Shown: positions 39,430 to 51,299 of the stretch, one piece after another
Layout: each line of letters opens with the position of its first letter
Numbering within the stretch: the first letter of the stretch is position 1
DNA from: Camelus dromedarius
Lineage: Eukaryota
Reading direction: 5' to 3'
Assembly (NCBI RefSeq): GCF_036321535.1
Contig: NC_087438.1
Coordinates: forward strand, 3,598,001 to 3,662,000
Length of the DNA: 64,000 bases
Program-made: the position numbers and the translations under genes
The notes under the pieces: model-generated
Databases searched by the model: none
What the model was told of the DNA's origin: nothing
Seen by the model: only the letters and a program-made list of their open reading frames with translations

Positions 39430-40350
39430 TTTAATAGACTTTAATTTTTAGAATAGTTTTAGATTCTCAGCAAAATGGAGTGGAAAGCACAGATTTTCCC
39501 CTTGTCCTCACACCTGCACAGCCCCCCTCATCATCAACAGCCCACCGCCTGGGACATTGGTTACAGCAGATGAAGCTACATTGACACATCATGATCACCC
39601 GAAGTCCACAGTTTACGTTACGGTTCACTCGTGGTGGTGTATATTCTATGGATTTGGAAAAACATGAGACGCGTACCCATCATTGTAACACCACGCAGAA
39701 TATTTCCACTGCTCTAAAAATCCTCTGTGCTCCGCCTGTCCATCTCCCCGCCCCCGTGCCTGGCAACCACTGTCTTTAATGTCTCCATAGTCCTGTGTTT
39801 TCCAGAATGTCACAGAGTTGCAGTCACACAGGATATAGCCTTTTTACATTGCCTCCTTTCACTCAGAAATGTTTAATTAAGGTTCCTCCATGTCTTTTCA
39901 TGGCTTGAGAACTCATTTCTTTTTAGTGTCAAATAGAATTCCACTGACGGGATGTACCCCAGTTTATTTAACTATTCACCTACTGAAGATCATCTTAGTT
40001 GCTTTCAAGTTTTGGCCATTACCAATAAAGCTGTTACAAACATTTGCATGCAGGTTTTCATGTAGACATAAGTTTTCAGCTCCTTTGGACATACTCAGAC
40101 ACAAAGGAAGCCTCATCAAATTTAAGAGGATAGAAACTATTTCAAACATCTTTGCTGACCACAATGGCATGAAACTAGAAATCAACTACAGAAGAACAAA
40201 TGAGAAAAAAATGACTGCATGGAGACTAAACAACATGCTACTAAGGAAACCAATGGGTCAACAATGAAATCAAAGAAGAAACTGAACAATACCTTGAGAC
40301 AAAAGTTTTCAGCTCCTTTGGGTAAACATCAAGCAGCATGGCTGCCGGAG
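39430..40350 (-). mobile_element. L1MB-like 3' end, interrupted by a plus-strand L1 ORF2 fragment
   Basis: tagactttaatttttagaatagttttagatt...catcatgatcacccgaagtccacagtttacgtta; resumes at gggtaaacatcaagcagcatg after 40321. Confidence 0.78.
40089..40302 (+). mobile_element. Internal L1 ORF2 endonuclease-region fragment with TSD and no poly(A)
   Basis: Encodes ILRHKGSLIKFKRIETISNIFADHNGMKLEINY...WRLNNMLL; flanked by a perfect 19-bp direct repeat. Confidence 0.9.
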
Positions 40351-40409
40351 CTCTTGGTTTTCAGTCTCACTAACTTGGATTTTTTATCCAGATAAATATT
40401 CAAGCATTA

Positions 40410-40900
40410 ACTCACTCATTGATTCTTTCAGCCCTGAGACTTGTTGAATGATTTCCCTGTGTGAGGCATGCTCTTGGGGACACAGAATGAATAAACAGCA
40501 TGTCTCTCCTCCATGAAGCGCCCATTCTAATGGAGGGAAGCCATCAGCAAAGAAACAGATCACACCAGGTGGTGATGAGAGCTCAGAGGACAGGGTGCAC
40601 AGACTGACAATAATGCTACTCTGGATGGATGTGTCAGGCAGGCCCTCTGGTCGGGTGGCCCTGAAGCAGAGTCCTGCATGAGGTGAAGGAGGGGAGCCAG
40701 CAGATGTTGGGGGAAGGAGGAGCCTCGCAAAGACCCTGGGGTCGAGGTGCCTGCCACCAAGCTGCAACCTGGAGACCTGGAACTGGGGCAGGGTGAGTGG
40801 GGGTGAGGGGGGAAATGTTGAGGGGGACGGTGAGGACACAGAGGCAGCAGGCCTTCCAAGGAAGACTGCGACTTTACTCATTCTTGGTCCAAGGAGGAAT
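40410..40900 (-). mobile_element. L2 fragment
   Basis: cactcattgattctttca start; ggggacacagaatgaataaacag...ccatgaagcgcccattcta motifs. Confidence 0.6.
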
Positions 40901-43614
40901 CTGATACGACTGATGTGTGAAAACATCCTTGGGCTGAGTATATGGACAGACATGGGGGCGTGCAGATGGGAGGTCGGGAGGGAGGTGGGTGTGATACGGA
41001 GCCTGGGAGCTGCATGTGCTCTGACTGCACAGCTGACCAGCTGCCCACAAGGTGGATGTGGGTGAGAGAGGGAAAGGTCCTCCTCGGCCTCGGGCCTGTA
41101 ACTGGGAAGGCGCAGCAGTTAACCTGGGGGAGACAGTACAGATGCCCCTTACCCGCTGCCAGGTGAGAGCGTGTGTGCTTGAACACGCGCTCCTAGAATT
41201 CAGGCCAGAGGCCCAGGCTGGATGGTGTCAGCCGGCACTTAGAGCCGGGGGCTGGGGAAAGCTGGATGGAGAGCGAACGGGGAGGAAGAGGAGGAGGAGG
41301 ACATGGCAGCTGCTTCTTTAATTTTCTGGTGGCTGGAAAGGAAAACATGGAGGTGGGGGAGAGATGTTTTAAAGGTGGGGGATGCGTATCTCAGCAAGGT
41401 GTCCTCATCTTGCACAACTGTTGTCACAGCTGCCTATCACCCTTTCCTCCTTCACCTGGGTCTTCCCAGGGTTCGGGCATGCTCTCTCTGGATGGCCCCC
41501 ATCCCCCTGGCCGCACCCTGCAGAGTGTAAGTGTGGGCGGCCCACCCCTCGGGGTGAGCAAGGCTCAGAGTAGGTCTGGTTAGAAACAACCCCAAGAAGA
41601 TTTTCCAGAGGAGGCGGACTTGAACGGGCCTTGAGCTGGTAGGATTCAGTATCTGGGATGGCAGGTGGGTGTCATTTGCAGGTCACGTGCAACCATTCAG
41701 AGTGAATGGCTGGAGCAGCATGTGTGCAGGGTGGGGAGCCAGGCACACTCCAAATGGCTGGTGTCCACGGAGATGGGTGAAGGAGGGTGTGGGCAGGGTG
41801 GTGGTGAACGGACGAGGCGTCTGTAACTGTGGAGGGCAGCACTGAGCAGGGCCGCTCTGAAGCCACTCGGCTGACTGACTTTTTAATCACCATGTCTGTG
41901 CAACTTCCTCTCTGGGAGCTCTGTCACCCTGGGTGACATCTGGGGCGCGCGGCCTTTGGAGTTATCTCAGGCACCACCACTACTTTACTCCTGGCTGCCT
42001 GCTTCCTCTCAGCCTTGCCCTGGGCTTCTGGAACACCTGCAAGGCACTTTTTCTCCTCCTGGGTCCCTGGACCGCTCCCACGGAGAGGCCCAAGGTTTCT
42101 AGTGGACAGAAAACCCCTATGTTGTCCAACGCTGGTTAAAGTGAGCTCACTCCCAGCCCATCCCACTTCCCCCAGCCCCGGGCATTACTGATCTGATGGC
42201 CTCTGGCCTTCCACTGTCCCTGGACCACTCCTGGGCACACAGTCTAGCTCTGAGGGGTTCACTCGACGGCTAGTCACTGACCTGAGGCGAGGGGGAGACA
42301 CCTTCCTCCCTCTCCTATTCTCTTCTATGGGGTGGGTGGGACGTGCTTTGGCATACCAGTTCCCTGACAATATCCTCTCCCATCCCTGGTGAAGAATCAA
42401 AACCTCACTATGACCTAGGACAGTAGGAAACACTGGGGCAAAGGCAGCTTAGCACCAAGCATGGTGGACGTGAATGGGCAGATGGCAAGGTGGTTCCTAC
42501 AAAGCACCTCCACACCGGATTTCCCCAGAAGATGGCCTTTCTACTATGCTGAGAAAGGGCTGATGTGTCATAAATATGGCTGGAAATTCCCTTTGGGTCT
42601 AAAACACAGCTAGGGAAAGACAGACATCTTGTGGGCTTCTGTTAGCATTACATCACAGCTCTGGAAACTAATACAACTCAATCAGGTCATGTCACTGAAT
42701 TGGAGACTGCGAGAGTTGTCAGCTACTCCATAAAATCTCTCTCAGGGTTTTCAAAGAAAGGAGAAACATAGCTTATTTTTCTTATGGTATAATTCATCAA
42801 ATGAAAGAATAGTTTTTCATAAAGCAAAATACAAGAACGTTCAAAGAACAAATAGCTTTCTATTGAGTTCTTCTGATAAAAGCCTTGACTTTGAGATAAA
42901 ATCTATTAGCCATTTCAGTGGAATCATATGCTAATAAATTAAACGATCAGTTTAATTAACCTCATAACTATGCTATATTCTAAAGTTTTAATTCTGAGAA
43001 GTTACTGAGGGTCTGGTCCTGAGTAGCTGGCAATGAGGGGTGGAGCGAGAACTGACACTTTTGTAGTTGAACCCTCTAAATAACTGGACTCCACAGGCAC
43101 AGGGGAGACGCAGAATCTAGGCCAGAATCTAGACATCCCCCAGGTCTTAGTGCACTCTGACAGAAAAACACAAAGTTTTTCTTTGAAGTTTGAGAATTAA
43201 AATGTTAAAAAAAAAAAAGACACAAAACCCCTCAAACAAACCCTCTCTTTGTATGAGCAGGCTTGAGATAAATTTATCTATTTTCCAAAATCGATAATGC
43301 CATCAAGAAACTGTTAACACGTCCTGTCTCTACAGTAGATCCTGTGGACTTGGCCCTGTCCTTGTCATTTTACATTTAAATTATAGCCAGTCCTCTGCAA
43401 GGAAATACCAGCTCAAATAGGTCACTTGTTTGAGTATTCACAGCCAAGCGTGTGGTTCCAAAGCCACTGCTCACTACTGCAGTGTAGACATCTGCTTCTT
43501 TGTTTCCATCAAACAGGACAAAATAGGTGTGGCCCATCACATGGGAAAGAGGAAAAATGTCACTTTTATCATTCCTTATCTAGTGGTCTACACTGATTTC
43601 CATTATTAATCAGA

Positions 43615-43775
43615 ATCACACTTGTTTTTGTACAGCCTCCAAGGTGAGAATGATTTTTACATCTTGAGAGGGTTCTTCAAAAAACAAAAAAATGAGAAGA
43701 CATACGGTAGAGACCTGTATGGCCCCCCCAAAGCCTAAAATATTTACTGTGTGGCTTTTTACAGAAAGTTTACAG
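43615..43775. mobile_element. MER58B-like hAT element
   Basis: gtttttgtacagcc...agaatgatttttacat...agagacctgtatggccc...aaagcctaaaatatttact. Confidence 0.72.
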
Positions 43776-45420
43776 AAAGGGGGTAAGTTACACTCTACGT
43801 TACGTAAACCAGGCTTTTTTTTCTTTAAACATCTTATAGAGTTCCCAGTTCCAGCAAGGGTAGGTGTGTGGTGTGTTGTGTGTGTGTGGGTGGACAGGAG
43901 AAAATGCTGGAGGGTTAGTTGGTGCCTCCTCCACTAAGGTACTCTGGGGAAAAACACTCGTTTGGGAAACCTTAAAAAGGAAGTTACTGTTAAGACCTAT
44001 TTGTCTGGGATCAGAGGCCAGAAATGGAACGTCATCAGGACCACAAGGATCTCCTCTCCCCTTTCTCCAAGACACACGGTCTGTCATGGAAGGTACACCT
44101 GCTTCCCCGCTGTGCATTTGCTCTCTTTTCCTTTCCCTTTTAACCTTTGTTTTCTGTGCGTCCCACGGCACTTTCGTGGACAAGTACCGGCCTGTCCTAA
44201 GTGTCTGAGACATGCAATCTAGCAGTCTACAGTCCCCCACGTGGTGTATACCTGAGAGCTACGATATTTGGAGAAGAACCCAGGCTACTTTCTGGGAAGG
44301 GGTGTTTTCAACTGCAATTTCCATCCTTAAGATTTAGGAAGGAGTCGGTAAGGTCTGGACATCTCAACACACACAATGCTTGTACTGGACCCTAAGAATT
44401 TGGACTTTATAACCAGACGTTTGGAAACCATGGAAGTCTTCTGAGCAAGGTAGCGATGGCAACAATCTATGATAATTAAAAAGGTTCTGGTAGCGGTGGA
44501 TATTGAAATAGAGAGGGGAAAAACCTCCGCTCAAACAAGAGGATCAAGGCCTGAATTTATCCAGGAATTGCGGTCAGGTGAGGATTTCTTTTCCTTTATC
44601 CCTTCCCAAGAGATTTTAAAAATAAGACTTGGCAGTGGCTGGCTATTGACCGCTGGCGGGGTCGCCGAGGATTCGGCCATGCGCCGTGCTTGGCACCTGG
44701 CTTCACGGACGCGGCGGGGACCGGTCTGGAAAGACATGGAGGAGCGCTGGGTCCGACGGCAAGTGGACACAGGAGGCAGGCCGAGCTGCCGGGAAGAAAG
44801 ACAGACGTTCCCAGAGGAAGGACAGGTCACTGCAGGCCACGGCCAAGGCGAGGCGCCGCAGCGCACCGAGCGCGGCCGGAGGAACCGCTCGGGCTGCGCC
44901 CGCCGCGAGGGGCAGCGGGAACCGTAGTCCTCACGTCTCCTCCTGGGACCGGCCGGACCGGGGCAGCGCGGTTCCCCGCAGCTATAAATCGCGCACTAGC
45001 CCGTCTGGTGCGGGGTCCTTCAGGGCCAGGAGGCGCCTGAGTGACGTCATCCCCAGGTCGCCGCCCCTCTGTCGAAGGCTTTAGGTGTCTAAAGAAACCG
45101 TGCCACACAGCAAGCCGGCAACGAAAGATGAAACCCTAAACGGTGGGAGAGGGGTCCTCCATTGCCTCTTCTCTCTTCGGCTCTTCCTTCGCGCGCGTCT
45201 TCCCTGCCGCACCTGCGCGGCCTCGCTCCCTGCTTTGCTCAGGCAGCGCCTCAGGCAGCCCCGCTCCGAGGCGAGGGGCGGGGCGAGCCAGGGCGGGGCG
45301 GGGTCCTGGCTGGGCTGCGTCGCGCTCGGGGGCCGCGCCGGGTAGCGTTTCTTTCTAGTGCTGGAGGCGGCTCTGGCTAGGAGAGCCCTTCGCCGGCTCC
45401 ACGGGGACCTCTGTGCACGG

Positions 45421-45516
45421 ATGGACCCGCCCGGACCCGGCGGGAAGCGGCCTGGCAGGCGGCGGCCCCGGCGGCGTCAGCAGAGGCAGGGCAGGGCCGA
45501 GGCCACGGGTCCCTGA
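45421..45516 (+). other. Candidate upstream ORF, 31 aa (MDPPGPGGKRPGRRRPRRRQQRQGRAEATGP*)
   Basis: ATG at 45421 (+4 G) to TGA at 45514-45516, ending 34 nt before the ICE1 ATG; requires a TSS upstream of 45421. Confidence 0.6.
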
Positions 45517-45550
45517 GGCGCGCGGGCCCACCGGGCCCGGCGGCGGCACC

Positions 45551-45634
45551 ATGATGCCGGGCGAGACCCACTCGGCGGCGCCCGGGACGGCGGCGGACCT
45601 CTCGCGCTGTCAGGGCTGCGCCTCCCTGCAGCAG
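45551..45634 (+). CDS. ICE1: ICE1 coding exon 1 (MMPGETHSAAPGTAADLSRCQGCASLQQ)
   Basis: gcaccATG (A at -3) inside a CpG island; 84 nt ending CAG|gtgcgg; peptide recognised as the N-terminus of ICE1/KIAA0947. Confidence 0.96.
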
Positions 45635-47409
45635 GTGCGGCGTCTCCCCTGGGCTGAGAACGTGGAGGGGCTGGGTCGACCGTCCATGGCGCGGCGCTGG
45701 GGGTCTGGCTGCGCGGGCGACCCCTCCGCGCCGTGCTCCCGCTCCTGGGCTGAAGCTCCCCCTCCTCCCTTTCGTCTAACCTCCTGCAGTCGATTTGGGA
45801 GTGGTTTGCGTTGTTTAGCTTTGGGATCCAGGATTCGTTTAATGGGATGCGGTGGTGGGGCGGGGGAGCAAACGAGTTCTGGAGGGCCCTCTCCACTTAC
45901 CCAGTCTCGTATTCCCCAAGGCTCACTTTTGATGAGTCGTGGTCAAAATGACAAGGGACGCTACTTCTTCAAGGATAAAGTTTTTTGTTGTGCTGGCTCA
46001 TCTTAAAATATTTCTTGCCTGGGGGCAGGATCTTTTGCGGCCTACGGTTGGCTAGGAGGTTCATTCATCATTAAAGGCACGCGGATACTGGAGGTTTTTA
46101 ACAGTAGCGTGGACTGTTCGCTACAGTGACAGCAGAGGAGTTGCAAGTGTCTGGCCCTGGATCTTGCGGAATAGTAGGAATAGTCTCGAATACTCTTTTC
46201 CAGCTGGACTCTCCCAGCTGTCTGGTGTCGGGAGTCTCTCTTCAGTATCTTCAATGGTAAAGTGGAGCCATCCACGGCCGTACAAAGGTGTAATTAGATT
46301 ATCGCTTATTCTACTTAGGGTTCTAGGCAGTAGGGACATGGTAGTGAACAAAATAGGTAAAAAATTGCTTTCATAAGTAAGATCTATGCCTGCAAATAAG
46401 ACTTTGGAAGGTCTGAAGTGTTAGGAGAAAAAGGAGGAGTCAGAGTGGTGGTCTTGGCTCTTGGCTGGGGTGCAGGCAGGGTATTTTTGAGGAGGTGACA
46501 TTTGAATGATGAGAAGGAGCAGACTAGAAAAGGTGTGGGAAGAGCTTTCTAGGAGGAGCCTTCTAGCTTCCTAGGTAGGGGCATTAGCAGGTGAATGGCT
46601 GTTGAGGTGAGAAGGAGCACATGAGGAGCAGAATAAGGGCTGGTTGGTGTGAAAGCAGTGCAGAGGGGAGAGTTCTGATGAAACCAGAAAGGAATGTAGG
46701 CCAGACAGGCCATCAGGAGAAGTTTAGTTTTTTTTTTCTTTCTTTTTTTCCCCCTCCAAACTGCATTGCCTATGAACTGATCCCAAACGTTTTAAGGCTG
46801 AACGCAGGGGAGGGAGAAAGTCTCCCTCTTTGTCGTGGGCCGGCACTCTGGAATAGGAGGGCTAATAGTAACATCGTTGCCTGTGCTGAGCTGCCTCTTA
46901 TAAACATTGTTTATAATCTGCTTTTATGTTTTCCCCTCAAAACCTAGGAACATGAGCAAAGTTCTTTTAAATCTTTAGTAAGTTATATTTCTTCCTTGGG
47001 CCAGTTTATTCCCTCAACAAATGTTTACTGATCACCTGTTGTGTTTTAGGCAGCACAGTTACTAGCGGGGGAGAGACAAATATTCTTGATCTCTTGGAGC
47101 TTCCATTTTAGGAGGTGGGGGGAGGAGGTAGGATAAAACAAGTTACGTGGGAAGGTAGTAAATACATTGGAGATGAGATGGGCAGAAAAGGGGGAGAACA
47201 GAAGGGCAAGGAAGGAGCCGGTTGGTGGAATTAAGGCGGAAGTCCTGGGAGGCCTCACAGAGCTTGTGTTTGAGAAAAGGGGGTGAGGTAAGCTCTGTAG
47301 ACGGCTTGGGAGGAAGGCATCCCAGACAGTGGGAAGATGAGATGCGGCTGACGCAGGAGCTTTTTTGGTGTGCTTGGGAAGAGAAGGGGGCCACTAGCTG
47401 GGGTGGCGT

Positions 47410-47760
47410 GACTGTTTGGGGCTGCTGTAACGAAGTACCATAAACTGGGTGGCTTTTGAGGCAGTAGGAATTTTCTCACAGGTATGGTGGCTGGGAAGTC
47501 CAAGATCAAGGGGCTGGCAAACTTGGTATCTGATGAGAGCAAGATTCCTGGTTCATGCTTTCTTCTTGTTGTGTCCTCACATGGCTGAAGGGGAAAGACA
47601 GCTCTCTGGAGTCTCTTTTACAAGAGCACTCATTCCATCCACGAGGGTTCTGCCCTTAGGACCTCCTCACCTCGCAAAGGCCCAGCCTCCGAATAGCTAT
47701 CACGTTGGAGACGATATTTCCACATGTGAACGTCGCAGGGGCACATGTGGCCTGCAGCAG
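47410..47760 (-). mobile_element. MLT1A-like LTR within L2 sequence (ICE1 intron 1)
   Basis: gctgctgtaacgaagtaccataaactgggtggctt...ggctgggaagtccaagatcaagg...tgtgtcctcacatggctgaagggg. Confidence 0.75.
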
Positions 47761-48259
47761 TCAGGGAGTTTGAAGTCAGAAGAGAGAGCCTGATTGTGGG
47801 AGCCCTTAGAGACCATTGTAAGGGTTTTGGCTTTTACTCTGAAAGGTTTGTGAATCGTGGGAGGCTTTTGTGCGGGAGAACAACTGCTGTAAACTGTGCT
47901 TTTCAGTTGTTGATCTGATTTTCCTTCAAAATCCTGTATACCCGTAGTGGTCCCCATCCTGCTTCAAAGTAGCAACTGTTTGCTTCTGGTTGCTTAGGCC
48001 AGAAACTAGGTGTCATCCTTGGTTCCTCACTTCTCTCTCACAACCTGCATCCAGTCCGTCAGCTGATTCTGCTGGCTCCGTCCTTGTTATCCCCCACTGT
48101 CTTGCCGTTCCCACTGCTCCCACCCTTGGTGAGCCAGCATGATCTCTGGCCTAGAGGTTATCTCAGTAGCTTCCTAGGACGCCCTCCTTCCACCCTTGTC
48201 ACGTTCCCCCTCTAGGTTCTGAGAACAGCAGTAGGAGCAATCCTGCTAAGTCTCTGAGT

Positions 48260-48455
48260 CCAAGGGTCTGCAGGCCTTTTCTGTAAGGGATAAAGTGATA
48301 GATATTTAGGTGTCGCGGTCTTGTTCACAGCTCCCCAACTCTGCCTGTGTAGTGTAAGCACAGCCACAGTCATACGGGAGGAATGGGCGTGGTTATGCTC
48401 CCTGGAACCCTGCTTTGGAAAAACAGGCAGAGGGCCTTTGCAGACCTCTTTCCTA
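48260..48455. mobile_element. MER58A-like hAT element
   Basis: caagggtctgcaggccttttctgtaaggg...ctccccaactctgcctgtgtagtgtaagcacagccacag. Confidence 0.65.
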
Positions 48456-51299
48456 GACTGTAGCACTCCATTGTATTTGGGTTTTCTGTTGCCTGAAATG
48501 CTTTTTTAGCGGAAGGGGATGGTTAGATGTGAGTGGAGTCTCTGAAACAAATCTTTAATATTGCAAAGTAAAGCTGGAAGAAGAGATTCCATGCAGATTG
48601 TGGAGGACCTTGAATGGGAACCGCCTGGAAGTTCTGTACTTACTTCCGTTCGCAGTGCGGAGCAGCGAAGGGCTTGGTGTGGTGCCGCACAAGGGCCATG
48701 CTGTGGTAGAAATCGCCCGTGCTGCGTGCAGGCCGCAGGAGGAGGTAGATTACTTCACTAGCGCATGCTGGCGGTGATAAATGTGTGGCTTCACTGAAGG
48801 GTCTTGGAAATGGGACAGCGAAGAAAAAGGTTCTGAGTGTGAGAAACTGCAGAGTGGACAGATCTCAAGCCGGGAAAATAGAAGCTTCAGGGAGTCAAAG
48901 CCCTGGTGAGTGTGAGGACGGTGGTAGAGGTAGGAGAACGCGGGCCCCAAGAGGGAAGAGATGTTGGAAACGTGGGCCCGAAGTTTTGGAATGAATGATT
49001 TCAGCACTGGGGGTTTTCAGCTGTTTCACATTGTGTGTGGAGCCAAGTGCCTCCAAGGAAATAGAGAAGCAGCAGGTTAGATGGACACCGAGTTCCTTGT
49101 AAGAGTTTTGCTTGGGGAGGGGTGGGGAGAGGACAGTGGGGGAATGTGTCCTGTCACTTCAAAGGAACTTTGTAAACCTTGGTGGTAATTAGTGAGACTG
49201 CCTGCCATCATGAGGGGTCAGCGAAGAAAACCCACCAGCTCATGACTCAGGGCTACGGCAGGGGGAAAGGGATACACAGGAAGCGGGTAGGAAGTCAGGA
49301 TGGGGAAGGAGGACTGAGAACAGGCGATGCACGTACCCGTGGAGAGGACGTTTCTGCAGGGTTACACAGCATCACAGCAAGTTCTGTATTTCAGCTAAAA
49401 TTGTGCCCGAGAGACGAGGCTCCGTACACGGAGAAGGGGTCCGGCTGTGCAGTTTGAACACACTGAACCTCCTGGACTTGCAGAACATTTATGAGCATTT
49501 AACAAACATCCGGCCACACCTCCACGGGAGGCTGGCTGTCCCGGGTGGCCCAGCAGTTCGCCTGGACTGCGGGTCTTCCTTCGTGCCTCAGTCCTCCCTG
49601 TGCTTTTTCTCTTTAGTGGGTGCAGAGGTACACTGCCTTTGCTGAGATCATTGCTTCGTTCAGACATTTGTAGATTGACCGCATCTTTTTTCGTGGTCTC
49701 ACAGATCCTCTCATCTCTGTTTTCATCCTGTTGGCTATAATGGTTCATCACTGGTCTGTAGCTTAGTGTCCATGTGGGTTGCCAAACTTGAGGAGTCCTG
49801 AACCACTGGATCCTCAATCTGGTGATGTTATGCTGACCCCAGGCCACCTGGAGTTGGAGGAACAACAGCTCAGACCCCACCTCCTTCCCTAGGGGCCGGG
49901 CAGTAGTGGGGCACAGTGTGTGCACCCCTAAAGGAACGTGAGTCAGGGCCCTCAGTGCCCTCTGCCTGGGCGCAGCCGCTCTGCACTCATGGTCCTGAGA
50001 CTCCTGAGTTAGAGACCTTGGTTGCTACCGACATAATCGGATAGAAGGAAGAAGAGCCTTTATTGTGATACTGCAGTTGCCGACCAGAACTGAGCTGCCG
50101 CGCAACCAGGCCATCGGGAAATAGTGAGGGACTAGCGTGCTGTAGGAAACCAAGAAGTTGTCTTCACTTCGTTTCATTTTCCCGTGTAATTCCCCATTTT
50201 GTAATTGTAAGTTTTTAAAATCAGAGTTAGACATGAGCATAGCTTGGAGACACAGCTGGATACGCAGCTTGTTAAGCCCCTGCCAGCCTAGCCCGCTTCC
50301 CAGGGGACCCCGCTGCGTTTGCACTCTGCTGTGTCTCAGGTTGTGAAGTAATAGACGTGTGTTGCTACTTCTTGTTTTCCAGTTTTAGGCATATTGTTCA
50401 GTTTCTGACTTTGGAAGGTGAAGACTGAGCTGTCTTTCTGCCCTGCACCCCAGCACGCCTTAGTCTCCCCTCACCCCCCAAAATCCTCTCCGCGTGGCTA
50501 TGACTTCCCTTAGGTCACTATTTGGAGGTGACATTATTATGGTGGTTTGTTTTCAGAGCCAAACTCTGGAGTCCATTTCAGTTACTTTTCCTTTCCTGTG
50601 TGTTTTCTTGTTTCCCCTGGTGAATGATTGTATTCTTAATTCAATGTATTCATCTTGAAAATGTTAACAAATGCTTATTATAAGTCAGAGACAAAGTTAA
50701 ATACTTATACGGCTCATTCTGTTTAATCCTGGCCAGTTAGGGACCCCCCGCCCCGCCAGCACACCATAAACCAATGTTTCAGTCTCCTTATCTGCAGCGT
50801 GGGAAGTGGTACTGAGGCAGGGGTCAGTGAGGTCAGTGTGCCCATGGTGCGCATCCGCAGGGTGCTGGAACAGGACTGTGAACCCAGCTGTGCCTGACTC
50901 GAGCCTGAGCTTTCTGGAATGTCTCTGGCGGGGGACTTGACATCACAGAATGGCATCTGGAGGCAAGACTGGGAAGATGAGATGGACTCGCAAAAACTCC
51001 AAAGAGAACGGGAAAAAAAAGAGGTTCTTTAAAAAAACAATCAATTTAAATGCGTGATGGAGCCATATTTGCTTGCCCTTCTCTGCCAGTCACGTAGAAA
51101 TACCACCTTAACGCTTTCATTCCACCCGGTGCTCTGTCGTTTTATTAGGGGAGAACTTCCCCCCAAGCCTTTAGACCGGCTCTAACCTGCACGTGCGAGG
51201 CTGCCTCCCAGATTCTCTGTGCTCTGTTTTGTGTCCCACATTGTCCTCCCTGGATTCACTCCACGATTTGGGTGGAACGTGTTCACGTGCTCGTGTACC

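Larger units (their letters stand above)
44650..45760 (+). promoter_or_regulatory. CpG-island promoter and 5' UTR of ICE1
   Basis: Very GC- and CpG-dense; palindromic CRE TGACGTCA at 45042-45049; GC boxes at 45275-45284 and 45291-45305; contains exon 1. Confidence 0.9.

Noticed and set aside
1..44600. Exons of an upstream neighbour gene (ADAMTS16 in human synteny) or a novel multi-gene system
   Set aside because: No metalloprotease or thrombospondin-like peptides and no coherent exon chain seen; region is explained by repeats and non-coding DNA
44983..44989. TATAAAT as the ICE1 TATA box
   Set aside because: About 570 bp upstream of the ATG and upstream of the GC boxes in a CpG-island promoter; no supporting evidence
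45413..46006. 197-aa ORF as a single-exon gene
   Set aside because: Only 45551-45634 is ICE1 exon 1; the rest is 5' UTR and intron read-through. A GTG-initiated N-terminal extension cannot be excluded but has no support
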